Shown piece by piece: positions 52,036-52,702 of a DNA stretch of 52,702 nucleotides. The stretch comes from Chloroflexota bacterium (GTDB lineage: Bacteria > Chloroflexota > Limnocylindria > P2-11E): NCBI GenBank assembly GCA_031404235.1, contig JANNHF010000059.1, positions 1 to 52,702 of the forward strand, given 5' to 3'. The translations under genes and the position numbers were made by a program. The notes below the pieces were generated by a model. It was not told where the DNA came from. It saw only the letters and a list, made by a program, of their open reading frames with translations, and made no database searches. Numbering within the stretch: position 1 is the stretch's first letter; the number at the start of each line of letters is the position of its first letter.

Positions 52036-52702
52036 GCGACGTCCTTGTGCTCAAGATCGGCGGCTCGGTCCTGGGCGAGGAGGCCGCGGCCCTCGACGTG
52101 GTCGCCGCGCTCCACGACTCGGGTCACTCGCTCGTGATCGTGCACGGGGGTGGTCCGCTGGCGACCGAGTGGTCGGGACGTCTCGGCCTCGAGACGCGCT
52201 TCGTTCGCGGATTGCGCGTGACCGACGCCCCGACGCGAGATGTCGCGCTCGCGACGATGGCCGGACTGGCGAACTCGCGGATCGTCGCGGCGCTGATCAG
52301 CCGAGGCGTTCCCGCGGTAGGGCTGTCGGGCATCGATGGCGGCATGCTTCGCGCGGAGCGCGAAGACGCCGAGCTCGGGCTCGTGGGCCGGGTGACGCTG
52401 GTCGACAGCGGTCTTCTGGAGGAGCTCCTGGACGCCGGCCGCGTTCCGATCGTGGCGCCCGCCGCGCTCGATAAGAAGGACGGCGAGGTGCTGAACGTCA
52501 ACGGTGACGCCGTGGCGGGCGCGCTCGCGGCGAGCCTCGACGCGCGCCTCCTCGTCTTCGTGACCGACGTTCCGGGTGTGCGCGCGAAGGATGGCAAGGT
52601 CATCGCATCGCTCGACGCCGCACGCGCGAAGGCGCTCGTCGAGGACGGAACGATCGAGGGCGGCATGGTGCCGAAGGTCGAGGCGTGCCTGATCGCGGCC
52701 GG
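52032..52702 (+). CDS. argB: Acetylglutamate kinase, C-terminus beyond window
   Basis: It has VLKIGGS, VIVHGGGP, GLRVTD, NVNGDAVAG and GGMVPKVEA. The GTG at 52032 overlaps the argJ stop (GTGA). The frame is open to the window end. Confidence 0.9.
   Translation, partial: MSDVLVLKIGGSVLGEEAAALDVVAALHDSGHSLVIVHGGGPLATEWSGRLGLETRFVRGLRVTDAPTRDVALATMAGLANSRIVAALISRGVPAVGLSGIDGGMLRAEREDAELGLVGRVTLVDSGLLEELLDAGRVPIVAPAALDKKDGEVLNVNGDAVAGALAASLDARLLVFVTDVPGVRAKDGKVIASLDAARAKALVEDGTIEGGMVPKVEACLIAA

Noticed and set aside
1-52702. CRISPR arrays, tRNA/rRNA genes, transposases, integrases, prophage or IS termini.
   Set aside because: I saw no regularly spaced direct repeats, no cloverleaf-compatible sequence in the few intergenic gaps long enough (16329-16578 and 31958-32090), and no recombinase-like ORFs. 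The only tandem repeats are in-frame coding repeats.

Overview
This is a very GC-rich, densely coding bacterial chromosomal segment. I did not compute GC content; the alternate-frame ORFs rich in Arg, Ala, Pro and Gly are what such a genome produces. I support about 55 genes. At least 18 gene junctions are 4-nt ATGA, GTGA or TTGA start/stop overlaps, and I used these to fix start codons.

Gene content from left to right:
- Two ABC exporter half-transporters, a TlpA-like thioredoxin and an ACT-domain protein.
- A complete, tightly coupled 10-gene Tad/Flp pilus operon (4268-10972). Its 56-aa Flp pilin is missing from the ORF track. The operon has no secretin and no prepilin peptidase.
- tatA, a YkgJ-like Cys-cluster protein, a DUF885 protein and an F420-type LLM oxidoreductase.
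- A TadG-like 654-aa protein, divergent from two tandem paralogous secreted proteins built from a 7-blade PD40 propeller plus PKD domains. These two genes share an upstream RNA or DNA motif.
- ltaE, a DUF554 protein, a NUDIX hydrolase, a 2-hydroxyacid dehydrogenase and an aminotransferase.
- Two divergent pairs: an MBL hydrolase with a secreted C39-like peptidase, facing a diverged HemB-like enzyme with a secreted CAP protein.
- An M16 peptidase coupled to ndk, and a PNPOx-family protein.
- An orphan three-gene cluster of complex I/Mrp antiporter-like membrane proteins, lying 33 bp from and divergent to an rpoN (sigma-54) gene that carries a Cys4 zinc-ribbon insertion.
- A small Lys-rich HTH protein, an H+/Na+ pyrophosphatase, a SUKH/SMI1-like protein and pxpABC.
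- A riboflavin operon (ribD-ribE-ribBA ... ribH) split by an insertion of about 2.8 kb.
- argC-argJ-argB, preceded by tandem ARG boxes that abut the argC start codon.

I saw no rRNA, tRNA, CRISPR array, transposase or integrase.

The candidates I consider most worth following up are:
- the extended Tad system, with its orphan components, its Walker-A-dead TadZ-like protein and the TadG/PD40-PKD satellite cluster with a shared leader motif;
- the zinc-ribbon sigma-54 next to the degenerate antiporter-like trio;
- the HemB-like/CAP and C39/MBL divergent unit.

All functional calls rest on motif recognition by eye. No database search was run.
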